Notes: a model not told the origin generated them from the letters alone. A stretch of 64,000 nt of DNA from an uncultured virus (IMG/VR IMGVR_UViG_2831345111_000005) (IMGVR_UViG_2831345111_000005), one strand, 5' to 3'; positions 42,802-50,746 are shown, numbered from the stretch's first letter. Made by a program: numbers and translations.

Positions 42802-42877
42802 GCGGTATTAGCTCAGCTGGTAGAGCGCGACGTTGCCATCGTCGAGGTCGCCGATTCGAATTCGGCATACCGCTCCA
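42802..42877 (+). tRNA. tRNA-Gly(GCC)
   Basis: Cloverleaf, TCCA end. Confidence 0.9.
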
Positions 42878-42886
42878 AGTTAATAT

Positions 42887-42959
42887 GCGGGTGGTCAAGT
42901 GGCGTACGTCTGGCCTTCCAAGCCGGAACAGGCGAGTTCAAATCTCGTCGCCCGCTCCA
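42887..42959 (+). tRNA. tRNA-Gly(UCC)
   Basis: CTGGC-CTTCCAA-GCCGG, TCCA end. Confidence 0.85.
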
Positions 42960-42966
42960 AATTTAT

Positions 42967-43041
42967 AGTCGGTTGGTATAGTGGCTGTGCACCCTCCTTA
43001 CAAGTGGGCATAGGCGTGTTCGATTCACGCACCGACTACCA
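42967..43041 (+). tRNA. tRNA-Val(UAC)
   Basis: AGTCGGT/ACCGACT, CTTACAA loop, CCA. Confidence 0.85.
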
Positions 43042-43046
43042 GTAAC

Positions 43047-43148
43047 GCGCTTATAGTTCAAAGGTAGAACACACCCCCAAAGGGTTGCTCGGCTTTGCGG
43101 CCGGCCGTATGGCAAAGAGACCGTGGTTCGATTCCACGAGGCGCACCA
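43047..43148 (+). ncRNA. tRNA-like RNA lacking a canonical anticodon arm
   Basis: Acceptor, D arm TAGTTCAAAGGTAGAAC, T arm CGTGGTTCGATTCCACG, ACCA end; ~50-nt non-canonical middle. Confidence 0.7.
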
Positions 43149-43175
43149 ACATAACCTGGATGGATAGGAATTCAA

Positions 43176-43340
43176 ATGTTAACTAAGGAAGTCGACCTGG
43201 CAAAGGGCCTCACGTTTTCAATTGATGTGAAGTTCTCCCTGGCGCCACGCCTCGTTGCCTCCAGCAACATCCTGCGAGCCCTGGCTAATGAGATGGGGAC
43301 TGTCTTCTTTGATGAACAACGTTTTCCTGTGAAGTTATAA
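43176..43340 (+). CDS. small hypothetical protein (54 aa)
   Basis: ATG after TAGGA; uninterrupted frame between RNA genes. Confidence 0.4.
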   Translation: MLTKEVDLAKGLTFSIDVKFSLAPRLVASSNILRALANEMGTVFFDEQRFPVKL

Positions 43341-43353
43341 GCTTCACAGTTTT

Positions 43354-43495
43354 GGGTGGTGTGACAGCAGGTGATTGTCTCTCAGTCCGTTTTCGTAACC
43401 GTGCATCGCATGGCGGAGAGCTGGGATGGGCACATCAGGGGTGACCTTGACGGATTAAGTCCCAATACGGAGTTCGATTCTTCGACCATCCACCA
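43354..43495 (+). ncRNA. tRNA-like RNA with Ala-type acceptor (G3-U70) and an expanded central domain
   Basis: GGGTGGT/ACCATCC-ACCA; T arm CGGAGTTCGATTCTTCG; 142 nt. Confidence 0.7.
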
Positions 43496-43504
43496 ATTTT
43501 CAAT

Positions 43505-43581
43505 GCCCGTTTAGCTCAGCTGGTTAGAGCGCTGTCTCGATAAGGCAGGGGTCCCTGGTTCAAATCCAGGAACGGGCACCA
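43505..43581 (+). tRNA. tRNA-Ile(GAU), C33
   Basis: CTGTC-TCGATAA-GGCAG, CCA. Confidence 0.85.
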
Positions 43582-43668
43582 TATGGTTCCGGGTGATGCC
43601 CCGAGGAAAACACGGCCAAGTTTGAGGTGAGTCCATCTTAAACTGTTGGGAGCCTAACGCATCATGAT

Positions 43669-43743
43669 GTGGGGTTGGCTGATTGGCGAGGCACTGGACT
43701 GCAAATCCAGGTTAGACCGGTTCGATTCCGGTACCCCACTCCA
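43669..43743 (+). tRNA. tRNA-Cys(GCA)
   Basis: CTGGA-CTGCAAA-TCCAG, TCCA end. Confidence 0.9.
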
Positions 43744-43820
43744 ATACTTTTAACGTCGAGAAAGGAGCGCGCAAATGAATAGCGCAGATGGCCAACAGCA
43801 GGCCCAATTGCTGACTCAGG

Positions 43821-43893
43821 AGGGGTGTCGCCTAGAGGCCTAAGGCAACAGGTTTTGACCCTGTCATCGACCGTTCGAATCGGTCCGCCCCCG
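43821..43893 (+). tRNA. tRNA-Gln(UUG), CCA not encoded
   Basis: ACAGG-TTTTGAC-CCTGT. Confidence 0.85.
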
Positions 43894-43959
43894 CCTTTGA
43901 AAAGTGTTTTTAATCAGAACTTTTCTCAAAGGTATTAAAGTATAACATCATATTTTTAT

Positions 43960-44032
43960 GGCGGGTTCCAGTGGTGGACTCGGGCCTCATAAGCCCAGAT
44001 GGAAGAGGTGTTCAACTCCCTCGCCCGCAACC
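43960..44032 (+). tRNA. tRNA-Met(CAU), initiator-like, divergent
   Basis: 1:72 mismatch, G-C-rich anticodon stem, CTCATAA loop. Confidence 0.7.
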
Positions 44033-44056
44033 CGAAATTTAGTAAAAGTCCATTGC

Positions 44057-44141
44057 TCCGACGTGCCCGGAGATGGTAACGGCCCTGCCTGTTAAGCAGT
44101 GAGCGCGAAAGCGGACGCTGGTTCGAGCCCAGCCGTCGGAG
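44057..44141 (+). tRNA. tRNA-Asn(GUU) with a long variable arm; CCA not encoded
   Basis: TCCGACG/CGTCGGA, CTGC-CTGTTAA-GCAG, V arm CGC-GAAA-GCG. Confidence 0.75.
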
Positions 44142-44904
44142 CAATGGACTTTTTGGCATCATATTCCAATACCAATCGAACAAGTTCTTCGTATGTTAAG
44201 GATGACTTTGTTTTCTTCCTGTTGTTGTCTGCCCAAGGCATAAGTTCGCAATTCATGGGATGCTTTATGTAATACGGGTCGTACCCATTTTTAATTGCTG
44301 ATGCAACTGAAATTTTGTGGTCTCTAGTAATTCCGGATGTGTTGTTGTATGACCACATTCCATATTTGCGTAAAAGGGCAAGCTCTGACGCCGAAAACGC
44401 GGAAGAGTTATCTCTTATTGAAAATGTGAAGGCGTACCGATTGCGATTGTTTCGTTTGTATAGGTCGGCATGTTGGCTGCAATATTTGATAGCCTGTCTA
44501 TTTAGAAATCGCAATCCACAGTGTGCGCACTGGCAATTTTTGAGTTTGGAATAGGCAGCTTGAGCCTGTTTTGGATGCAGTAGCGCCCTACGCAGTAGGG
44601 TTTGACTAGTTTTCCGCTTGGAAGCTTCGCTTCTTGGGGCTTTAGCCTTGTTGTTAAATGAAGCGGCGCAATTTTGAGAGCAAAACTTTATTGAATAATT
44701 TGCTCTATGTTTCTCATATTGAATAACAATTGAGCAATTTTTGCAAATTTTAGGTGAAAGATAATATTTTTCTTTTGCTGCTTCCGCCCACTTAAGCCCA
44801 TTCGTTCTATTTACCTCGACAAAGTCATCGTTGTGTGTGCGTAGATGGCCATTAAGGGCATAAATAGATTTGAAATTTCTACTACATTGGATGCATGAAA
44901 ACAT
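44092..44904 (-). CDS. free-standing zinc-finger/HNH-like homing endonuclease
   Basis: N-term C2H2 (CIQC..H...H), CxxC..FCS..C, C-term RDHKIS....HP.NC.L....NN.KK; AT-rich, antisense within the tRNA array. Confidence 0.7.
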   Translation of the reverse strand: MFSCIQCSRNFKSIYALNGHLRTHNDDFVEVNRTNGLKWAEAAKEKYYLSPKICKNCSIVIQYEKHRANYSIKFCSQNCAASFNNKAKAPRSEASKRKTSQTLLRRALLHPKQAQAAYSKLKNCQCAHCGLRFLNRQAIKYCSQHADLYKRNNRNRYAFTFSIRDNSSAFSASELALLRKYGMWSYNNTSGITRDHKISVASAIKNGYDPYYIKHPMNCELMPWADNNRKKTKSSLTYEELVRLVLEYDAKKSIAPTAGLEPASAFALTA

Positions 44905-44930
44905 CCAATGTATAGCTTTAAAGTCTCAAT

Positions 44931-45008
44931 ACTCGTATCGTCTAATTGGACTAGGACCCCTGGCTTTCACCCAGGTAAATACGGATTCGAATTCCGTTGC
45001 GAGTACCA
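44931..45008 (+). tRNA. tRNA-Glu(UUC)
   Basis: CCTGG-CTTTCAC-CCAGG, CCA. Confidence 0.9.
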
Positions 45009-45427
45009 CTTTACCAGCAATAAAACCGCCCGATATCCCCTTGAGCAGGTCACTCCTGCAAGCAAACGGCGGCGCCGCCAGTCTTCGATACGTTGAGGGC
45101 TGGTCCAACCTTGAGTTGGATATTAAGAGAGTAGGGGAGGCACGAAAGTGCACTAGGCATTCAATTGGCTGGTCGATTGATTGTCGCAATTACCCAGTTG
45201 GATGCACTGTAAGCATCCGCCGCTCTCCAGCGGATGAGCCGTAGAACGCTCTGCCTCGCCCATGACTCCTCATGGGCTCAGATGCGTAAGTCGGCAGGAG
45301 AGGCTCTGTGAGCCTTCCGTAAGGTAAAGAAACAGACGTGTGCGCCACGCGACTCGGCTAGAACCTGAAGGCGACGACTGACAAAGTGTTCGAGGTATGG
45401 GGCCTGGTAAGCCTGCATACCAACCTT

Positions 45428-45514
45428 GCCCAGGTGGCGGAATTTGGTAGACGCCCTGGTTTCAGATACCAGTGTCCCCTGGACGTGCGAGTTCGAGCCT
45501 CGCCTTGGGCACCA
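45428..45514 (+). tRNA. tRNA-Leu(CAG)
   Basis: CTGGT-TTCAGAT-ACCAG, long V arm, CCA. Confidence 0.9.
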
Positions 45515-45532
45515 TAATTTTAAGGAGTGGTA

Positions 45533-45850
45533 ATGGAGTTACCTTTCTCGTTTGAGCCACCCAGGTTGACTTCCTACGAAATGTCGCCGGCCGTCCGTGA
45601 GCGCATGACTAAGCTGCAAGACCGGTTAACTGCGTCCGGGTGCGTAAACCTGCATATTTCTTGGAACCGTGAATCCCTTGCAAGCGGAAAATACAGCGTT
45701 GATGAGGTTGTAACTTCGGTTTGCAGCAATCTTGAAGCAATTCTGGATGGTGATGTCACTCCACTTGTCTTTGATGACCGGGATTTTCCTGTCCCAGCAC
45801 CGGACATTTCCAGCGAGCTGCGCACGCTCGTGAATAGCGTTTCGATTTAA
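45533..45850 (+). CDS. hypothetical protein
   Basis: AAGGAG RBS. Confidence 0.6.
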   Translation: MELPFSFEPPRLTSYEMSPAVRERMTKLQDRLTASGCVNLHISWNRESLASGKYSVDEVVTSVCSNLEAILDGDVTPLVFDDRDFPVPAPDISSELRTLVNSVSI

Positions 45851-45855
45851 CCAGT

Positions 45856-45929
45856 ATCCAGCTAGCTCAGTGGTAGAGCAAAGGTCTCCAAAACCTAAGA
45901 CGGGGGTCCGATTCCCTCACTGGATGCCA
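45856..45929 (+). tRNA. tRNA-Trp(CCA)
   Basis: AGGT-CTCCAAA-ACCT, GCCA end. Confidence 0.85.
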
Positions 45930-46002
45930 TTGGATGTGACAATGTTTACATGAGCAAGCAATATCTGGCTTGTTGTTTACTCATGTAAGCAAAACGATTA
46001 AT

Positions 46003-46089
46003 GGAGAGTTGGCGAAATTGGTAGCCGCACGGGTTTGCTAAACCCGCAGCTGAAAGGCTGTGTGAGTTCAAGTCTCACACTCTCCGCCA
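46003..46089 (+). tRNA. tRNA-Ser(GCU)
   Basis: CGGGT-TTGCTAA-ACCCG, long V arm. Confidence 0.9.
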
Positions 46090-46095
46090 TCTTCA

Positions 46096-46171
46096 GGAGT
46101 AGGTACATCGCCCCTAACTAAAAGGGTTTGGAGGCCTTTGAACGCATCCAGCCGATGTGCTGAAACAGTTT
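46096..46171 (+). ncRNA. GGAGTAG...TGAAACAGTTT element, copy A
   Basis: Conserved flanks around stem GTACATCG/CGATGTGC. Confidence 0.6.
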
Positions 46172-46175
46172 CTGA

Positions 46176-46252
46176 TGGGGATTAGCCAAGTTGGTAAGGC
46201 ACCTGGTTCTGAGCCAGGCTATGCGTAGGTTCGAGCCCTACATCCCCCGCCA
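46176..46252 (+). tRNA. tRNA-Gln(CUG)
   Basis: CCTGG-TTCTGAG-CCAGG, GCCA end. Confidence 0.9.
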
Positions 46253-46259
46253 AACATCC

Positions 46260-46381
46260 GGAGTAGATAGCAGCGACAATTGTCGTTTAACGGTAAGGAC
46301 GCCTCTTATATGAGGGAGGAGATGCGGAGTCGATGCCCGCCGGCCACCTGGAGGTGGTGCTTGCTGCTATTGAAACAGTTT
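46260..46381 (+). ncRNA. GGAGTAG...TGAAACAGTTT element, copy B (encloses tRNA-like D/T arms)
   Basis: Stem ATAGCAGCG/TGCTGCTAT; GTCGTTTAACGGTAAGGACG D-arm-like. Confidence 0.65.
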
Positions 46382-46384
46382 TTC

Positions 46385-46511
46385 GGAGTAGGTTGAATCC
46401 CCGTTAGGTGTCGTCTAATGGCAGGATATCCCCAAGCGAAGGGGAAGATGGTGGCATCGATGTCATCCGCCGGTCCCTGTGAAGGACTAGGGTATTCAAC
46501 TGAAACAGTTT
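46385..46511 (+). ncRNA. GGAGTAG...TGAAACAGTTT element, copy C (encloses tRNA-like D/T arms)
   Basis: Stem GTTGAAT/ATTCAAC; GTCGTCTAATGGCAGGATA D-arm-like. Confidence 0.65.
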
Positions 46512-46513
46512 TT

Positions 46514-46586
46514 CTCCTTGCCAATGGACAGGGCCCGACGCTACGAACGTCAGGATAGGTGAGTTCGATTCTCCCCGAGGAGGCCA
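46514..46586 (+). tRNA. tRNA-Arg(ACG), shortened D arm
   Basis: CTCCTTG/CGAGGAG, GACG-CTACGAA-CGTC, GCCA end. Confidence 0.7.
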
Positions 46587-46592
46587 GTATAT

Positions 46593-46726
46593 GCTTCTGT
46601 AGCTCAGTCTTAGAGCACTTCCATTAGCAGGATGAGTCCGCTACGAATAAGCGACTGGTGGCCCTTGGGTCCCGGCTGGTCGATAAATCGCGGTATGCCC
46701 TGGTTAAACTCCAGGCAGAAGCACCA
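46593..46726 (+). ncRNA. tRNA-like RNA with an expanded central domain
   Basis: GCTTCTG/CAGAAGC-ACCA, D arm TAGCTCAGTCTTAGAGC, T arm CCTGGTTAAACTCCAGG. Confidence 0.7.
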
Positions 46727-46740
46727 ATTATTAGGCTATA

Positions 46741-46830
46741 GGTGAGGTGCCTGAGAGGCTTAAGGGCGCACATTGGAAATGTGATGGGGGCGCAAGTCCC
46801 ACCAGAGTTCGAATCTCTGTCTCACCGCCA
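46741..46830 (+). tRNA. tRNA-Ser(GGA)
   Basis: CACA-TTGGAAA-TGTG, long V arm, GCCA end. Confidence 0.9.
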
Positions 46831-46989
46831 TATCAAGAAAATTCAGTCGACCACTACGGCCAGCGGCCTTCGTCTGCGCGACTTGAATTATTTCGGTGAG
46901 GGTTCGCATTTCGAATCTCTGTCTCACCGCCAACTATTTTACCAGCTAGCGGGGAAAGCCTCGGCTTCAGGCTGAGGAGGATGTCAAAT

Positions 46990-47077
46990 GGGCTTGTGGC
47001 GGAATTTGGTATACGCGCAACGATGAGAGCGTTGTGTCCGAAAGGACGTGTGGGTTCGAGGCCCACCTAGCCCACCA
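46990..47077 (+). tRNA. tRNA-Leu(GAG)
   Basis: CAACG-ATGAGAG-CGTTG, long V arm. Confidence 0.9.
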
Positions 47078-47083
47078 GTTAAT

Positions 47084-47168
47084 CGAGAGATGCCTGAGCG
47101 GTTATAGGAGCGGCCTCATAAGCCGTGGCAGAAATGTCTCACTGGTTCGAATCCAGTTCTCTCGACCA
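47084..47168 (+). tRNA. tRNA with CAU anticodon (Met or Ile2) and a long variable arm
   Basis: CGAGAGA/TCTCTCG, GCGGC-CTCATAA-GCCGT, V arm GGCA-GAAA-TGTC. Confidence 0.8.
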
Positions 47169-47176
47169 AAATTCAT

Positions 47177-47253
47177 GCTGATTTAGCTCATGTTGGCAGA
47201 GCGCCTGTTTCGTACTCAGGAGGTGGACAGTTCGAGACTGTCAATCAGCACCA
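47177..47253 (+). tRNA. tRNA-Thr(CGU)
   Basis: Cloverleaf, TTCGTAC loop, CCA. Confidence 0.85.
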
Positions 47254-47334
47254 CCCTCTCAAGCTAAGGATTATAGATGCATATGCCTCACGTGACTTGC
47301 TCCCGATTATGACCTTTCATAACGGGAGACACAA

Positions 47335-47652
47335 ATGGCGAGAACCGTACGCCGCAAGCACTACACCCCTGCATGGGTGACAGAAGATTCCTACTACTTC
47401 ATCGACCCGGTTTTCAATGTTGAATGCTATGGCGGACACATTGAGCTGGATGGGGATGAGCGAGCCAATAAGTTGCGCTGGTGGCACGAAGATAAGAGCT
47501 GCTGGTGGGGTGAGAGGCCTCCGAAACCTTATCGTCAGTGTATTGAAGTTCAGCACCGCATGACTGCAAAAACCGAACTGTGCCGATGGAAAAAGAATCC
47601 TGAGCACGAGGTTCAGTTGCTTCGAAAGGGGCTGTTGGGTTATTGGAATTGA
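47335..47652 (+). CDS. small basic hypothetical protein
   Basis: GGGAG RBS in a hairpin; MARTVRRK...; terminator-like hairpin after. Confidence 0.65.
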   Translation: MARTVRRKHYTPAWVTEDSYYFIDPVFNVECYGGHIELDGDERANKLRWWHEDKSCWWGERPPKPYRQCIEVQHRMTAKTELCRWKKNPEHEVQLLRKGLLGYWN

Positions 47653-47698
47653 CACAAAAAAGCCGTAATTTACCGGCTTTATCTTCTTGAGCAACTAT

Positions 47699-47777
47699 GG
47701 TGCGCGGGTCTGCATGGTGTGGACGCTTGCCTGTCACGCAAGATATCAGAGGGGCTCGGTACCCCTGCGCATCGCCA
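47699..47777 (+). tRNA. tRNA-Asp(GUC)
   Basis: CTTGC-CTGTCAC-GCAAG, GCCA end. Confidence 0.85.
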
Positions 47778-47783
47778 TTTAAC

Positions 47784-47858
47784 GCCGGCATAGCTCACCA
47801 GGTGAGAGCGCCAGTTTGAAACACTGGAGGGCAGGGTTCAATTCCCGTGACGGCACCA
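47784..47858 (+). tRNA. tRNA-Phe(GAA)
   Basis: CCAGT-TTGAAAC-ACTGG, CCA. Confidence 0.85.
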
Positions 47859-47864
47859 AACATC

Positions 47865-47939
47865 GCTCCGATAGCACAGTGGTAGTGCAATTCCTTGGTA
47901 AGGAAGAGGTCGGCAGTCCGATTCTGTCTCGGAGCACCA
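47865..47939 (+). tRNA. tRNA-Thr(GGU)
   Basis: TTCC-TTGGTAA-GGAA, CCA. Confidence 0.9.
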
Positions 47940-48071
47940 TTAGCGCTGAGTCGAGATTGAACCAATCGGCCTGGGCCTACGGCGGGGAGATTTACCTCTT
48001 CCGAGGTTGGCTTCGCATTCCAATTCAAGCTCGGAGCACCATCATTTAACGACATCGAAGAGCACTTCGGC

Positions 48072-48148
48072 GTGGCCATAGCTCAACTGGATAGAGCCCA
48101 GGAATGTGACTCCTGTGGTTGAGAGTTCGAACCTCTCTGGTCACCCCA
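48072..48148 (+). tRNA. tRNA-His(GUG); encoded -1 base is C, not G
   Basis: CAGGA-ATGTGAC-TCCTG, C73, CCA. Confidence 0.9.
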
Positions 48149-48293
48149 AAGTGCTTTTAAGCAGCAACATCCAATCATTTTATCAGGAGCAATCATGCGA
48201 AAACCTACCAAGTCCGTCGACCTCGACGGCAAACGCATGGCTCTCTAACGAACTACTCCAGGGTGGTTCGCGAGAGAGCCTAAAAATCTCTCT

Positions 48294-48369
48294 CCCTGTC
48301 TGGCGCAACTGATAGCGCAGCGGACTCTTACTCCGACGGTTGTGGGTTTGACTCCCACGGCAGGGACCA
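48294..48369 (+). tRNA. tRNA-Lys(CUU)
   Basis: CGGA-CTCTTAC-TCCG, CCA. Confidence 0.85.
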
Positions 48370-48373
48370 CTCT

Positions 48374-48450
48374 GGAAGTGTAGCTCAAGTAGGCAGAGCA
48401 TCCGGCTTTTACCCGGGCGGTTGGGAGTTCGAGGCTCCCCACTTCCACCA
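48374..48450 (+). tRNA. tRNA-Lys(UUU)
   Basis: CCGG-CTTTTAC-CCGG, CCA. Confidence 0.9.
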
Positions 48451-48727
48451 ACCCTAATCGAATGTATCTTGTTGGTCTGCTGCAGGGTCTATCCGATTAC
48501 GATTCACCGTTTTAAGGCATGCTGCAGGGCCTTCCGCGTCGCCCAATCGACTCGCCGGAGGTGTGTCCCATCCTTCTCGATGGTATCGCCGCTATCGAGC
48601 GCCTGGCGCTCCTGGCTGGTCAGCCGTTGATTACGAATGGCTATTGGAATCCAGTAGCCCTGAAATTTCTTTTCGAGTGCGGTCTTCATACCTCTAATGG
48701 GACAGCATGTCGCAGTTTTTGATACTT

Positions 48728-48803
48728 GGGGCCATAGCTCAGTTGGGAGAGCGCTTCCTCGGCAGGGAAGAGGTCATGGATTCGACTTCCATTGGCTCCA
48801 CCA
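48728..48803 (+). tRNA. tRNA-Ala(GGC), C33
   Basis: G3-U70, CTTCC-TCGGCAG-GGAAG. Confidence 0.9.
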
Positions 48804-48822
48804 CTTCAACCAAGGAGGCAAC

Positions 48823-49452
48823 ATGGCCGTTGCAATTAATATCGTTGGCGCCGGCGTGTTCGGGACTTTCCTGCGCACTGTCCTGGCGCCTTTTTGCTTG
48901 TTTAGCGAGGATGCTGATATCGCCATCCTTGCCGTCCCTTTTGACGCATACGAAGACGTTGCCTCGGCGCATGCCGGTAAGCACCTGGTCAACGTCTGCT
49001 CAGTTCAGGATGCTACCAATAGCATTTGTTTGCGCCACAGCGACCGCGTGACGGGTATTCACCCTATGTTCGGCCCTCGCTCGCCGGCTGCCGGCCGCAC
49101 TAGCATCGTGACGCTCACGAACAGTTGCAGTGATGAGGTGTTAGAAGTGTTTGGCAGCATCAGCTCCTTGGTTGAGTTTGCCAATGGCGAACGCATTACT
49201 GGGGAGACCCACGACCGCATGATGGCGAAAACGCATCTCCAGGTGGTACGGCTGGCGGACAAAATCAACGCCATTGTGGCGGATGCCTCCGATATCCCGG
49301 ATGAATGCTTGCCGACGTCGTTCAAGCGACTGAAAGCCATGGCTGAGCAGTTCCTCGACATGCCGCCGGGCACCAAGTCCAGCATTCTGGCAAACAGTCA
49401 TTGGAGCTCCTCCGCAAAGTTAGGCGGAAATGTCGTCAAACTTAAAGTCTAA
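48823..49452 (+). CDS. prephenate/arogenate dehydrogenase-like (TyrA family), compact
   Basis: IVGAGVFG Rossmann motif, AVP, V.SV, GIHPMFGP, HDRMMA; AAGGAGG RBS. Confidence 0.75.
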   Translation: MAVAINIVGAGVFGTFLRTVLAPFCLFSEDADIAILAVPFDAYEDVASAHAGKHLVNVCSVQDATNSICLRHSDRVTGIHPMFGPRSPAAGRTSIVTLTNSCSDEVLEVFGSISSLVEFANGERITGETHDRMMAKTHLQVVRLADKINAIVADASDIPDECLPTSFKRLKAMAEQFLDMPPGTKSSILANSHWSSSAKLGGNVVKLKV

Positions 49453-49466
49453 TTTTGAAGATTTAT

Positions 49467-49543
49467 GCCCTTGTAGCTCAGTTGGAAGAGTAGCGCACTT
49501 GTAATGCGACGGTCGACGGTTCAAATCCTGTCCTTGGGCACCA
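49467..49543 (+). tRNA. tRNA-Thr(UGU)
   Basis: CGCA-CTTGTAA-TGCG, CCA. Confidence 0.9.
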
Positions 49544-49547
49544 TTTT

Positions 49548-49646
49548 GCAGAGTGAGTCCGGTAGGCTGCCGGTATGAATCAATAAGAGTTGTGCTTGGT
49601 GGTTCCAGGCCCAGCCCGCGCAGTTCGATACTGCAACTCTGCACCA
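49548..49646 (+). ncRNA. tRNA-like RNA without a recognisable anticodon arm
   Basis: GCAGAGT/ACTCTGC-ACCA, T arm GCAGTTCGATACTGC. Confidence 0.65.
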
Positions 49647-49654
49647 TTTTAAAA

Positions 49655-49732
49655 CGGGATATAGCGCAGCCTGGTTAGCGCGCCGGTCTGGGGGACCGGA
49701 GGCCCCGAGTTCAAATCTCGGTATCCCGACCA
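49655..49732 (+). tRNA. tRNA-Pro(GGG)
   Basis: CCGGT-CTGGGGG-ACCGG, CCA. Confidence 0.9.
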
Positions 49733-49834
49733 TTTTCTGAGAAAGCTGCAACTGTAGATATTCGAGCGGAAGGAGAGTGCAGCCCCGCGCAGAGCCAATT
49801 AAAAATCCAGGCCATGAAGACCTGGATTTGAGTG

Positions 49835-50167
49835 TTAAGCCGTTGCCCACTTGGCGCTTGGCCGTGTGTATTGCCAGCTTGGGTCGTACTCATGCATGAA
49901 GGTTATTGCCCGGCTGGAGACTTCATACCACTGGTTGTTAGTCCCCTTGAAGCTTGTGCCCGGAATTACATCCGTGACGACACGCGTTATCGGGGGACTC
50001 CTATCCAGCCATACCTGCTCAATCACGCCGTAGCGCAAAGCGGCGGGAAGTACCCGGCTGAATTCTGGGGCAAGAGCACCATAGATGGGATGCTCAGCGA
50101 CCTTGCGAATCAGCGCGACTTGCTTTTCCGTGATGCCATACTTTTTCAACAACGCTTTCTTGTCCAT
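49835..50167 (-). CDS. hypothetical protein
   Basis: AAGGA RBS, 110 aa. Confidence 0.6.
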   Translation of the reverse strand: MDKKALLKKYGITEKQVALIRKVAEHPIYGALAPEFSRVLPAALRYGVIEQVWLDRSPPITRVVTDVIPGTSFKGTNNQWYEVSSRAITFMHEYDPSWQYTRPSAKWATA

Positions 50168-50282
50168 ACCTGTCCTTTGAAGTTAATAACTGTCACTTGG
50201 AGGTATAGGAAAAAAGGCGAAGATTGCCGCTTGTAAACGGATTGTTGGGATATACGTTATTCAGCTACCTACTGGAGGACGT

Positions 50283-50534
50283 ATGTACCCGATTCATCTC
50301 ATCCCGTCGCTTAAAGCCGCGGGATTTAAAATTACCAACGAGCCGGACCTTGTCGACAGGCTTTCTGAAGCTAAGGACTGGCAAGCGGCCTTGGTGACGT
50401 TATTGCGGCATGGCGAGCGTATCGGCATCGAGGTCACCCGTAATCCACTGGCTGGAGCAAGCGTAAGCGCTATCGCACATCAGTTTCACTTGAGCCCGAC
50501 GGTAGAGTCTGAGCTCAACGCTGTGCTGCACTGA
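50283..50534 (+). CDS. hypothetical protein
   Basis: GGAGG RBS; bidirectional terminator at ~50543-50582. Confidence 0.6.
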   Translation: MYPIHLIPSLKAAGFKITNEPDLVDRLSEAKDWQAALVTLLRHGERIGIEVTRNPLAGASVSAIAHQFHLSPTVESELNAVLH

Positions 50535-50593
50535 AGAGACAACAAAAAGCCCCGGCAACTTTGAAGTTGGTCGGGGCTTTGTTGAGATACGCG

Positions 50594-50746
50594 TTAAACC
50601 AGATTGCGTCGCTCCAGCTCGTCTTGAGCGAGGTCGGCGTAATCTTGACGGTTTGCAGCCTTTTCTTTTTCCAGGACGCCATAGACCTGTCGGTCGGTAC
50701 AGGCTTTGAGATAGTCCTTGAATTCTTGTCGGTCTTTTGCAGTCAT
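50594..50746 (-). CDS. small hypothetical protein
   Basis: GAGGA RBS; convergent on the terminator. Confidence 0.55.
   Translation of the reverse strand: MTAKDRQEFKDYLKACTDRQVYGVLEKEKAANRQDYADLAQDELERRNLV

Noticed and set aside
46161..46180. Hammerhead ribozyme (GAAAC..CTGATG)
   Set aside because: No CUGANGA core with three valid stems.
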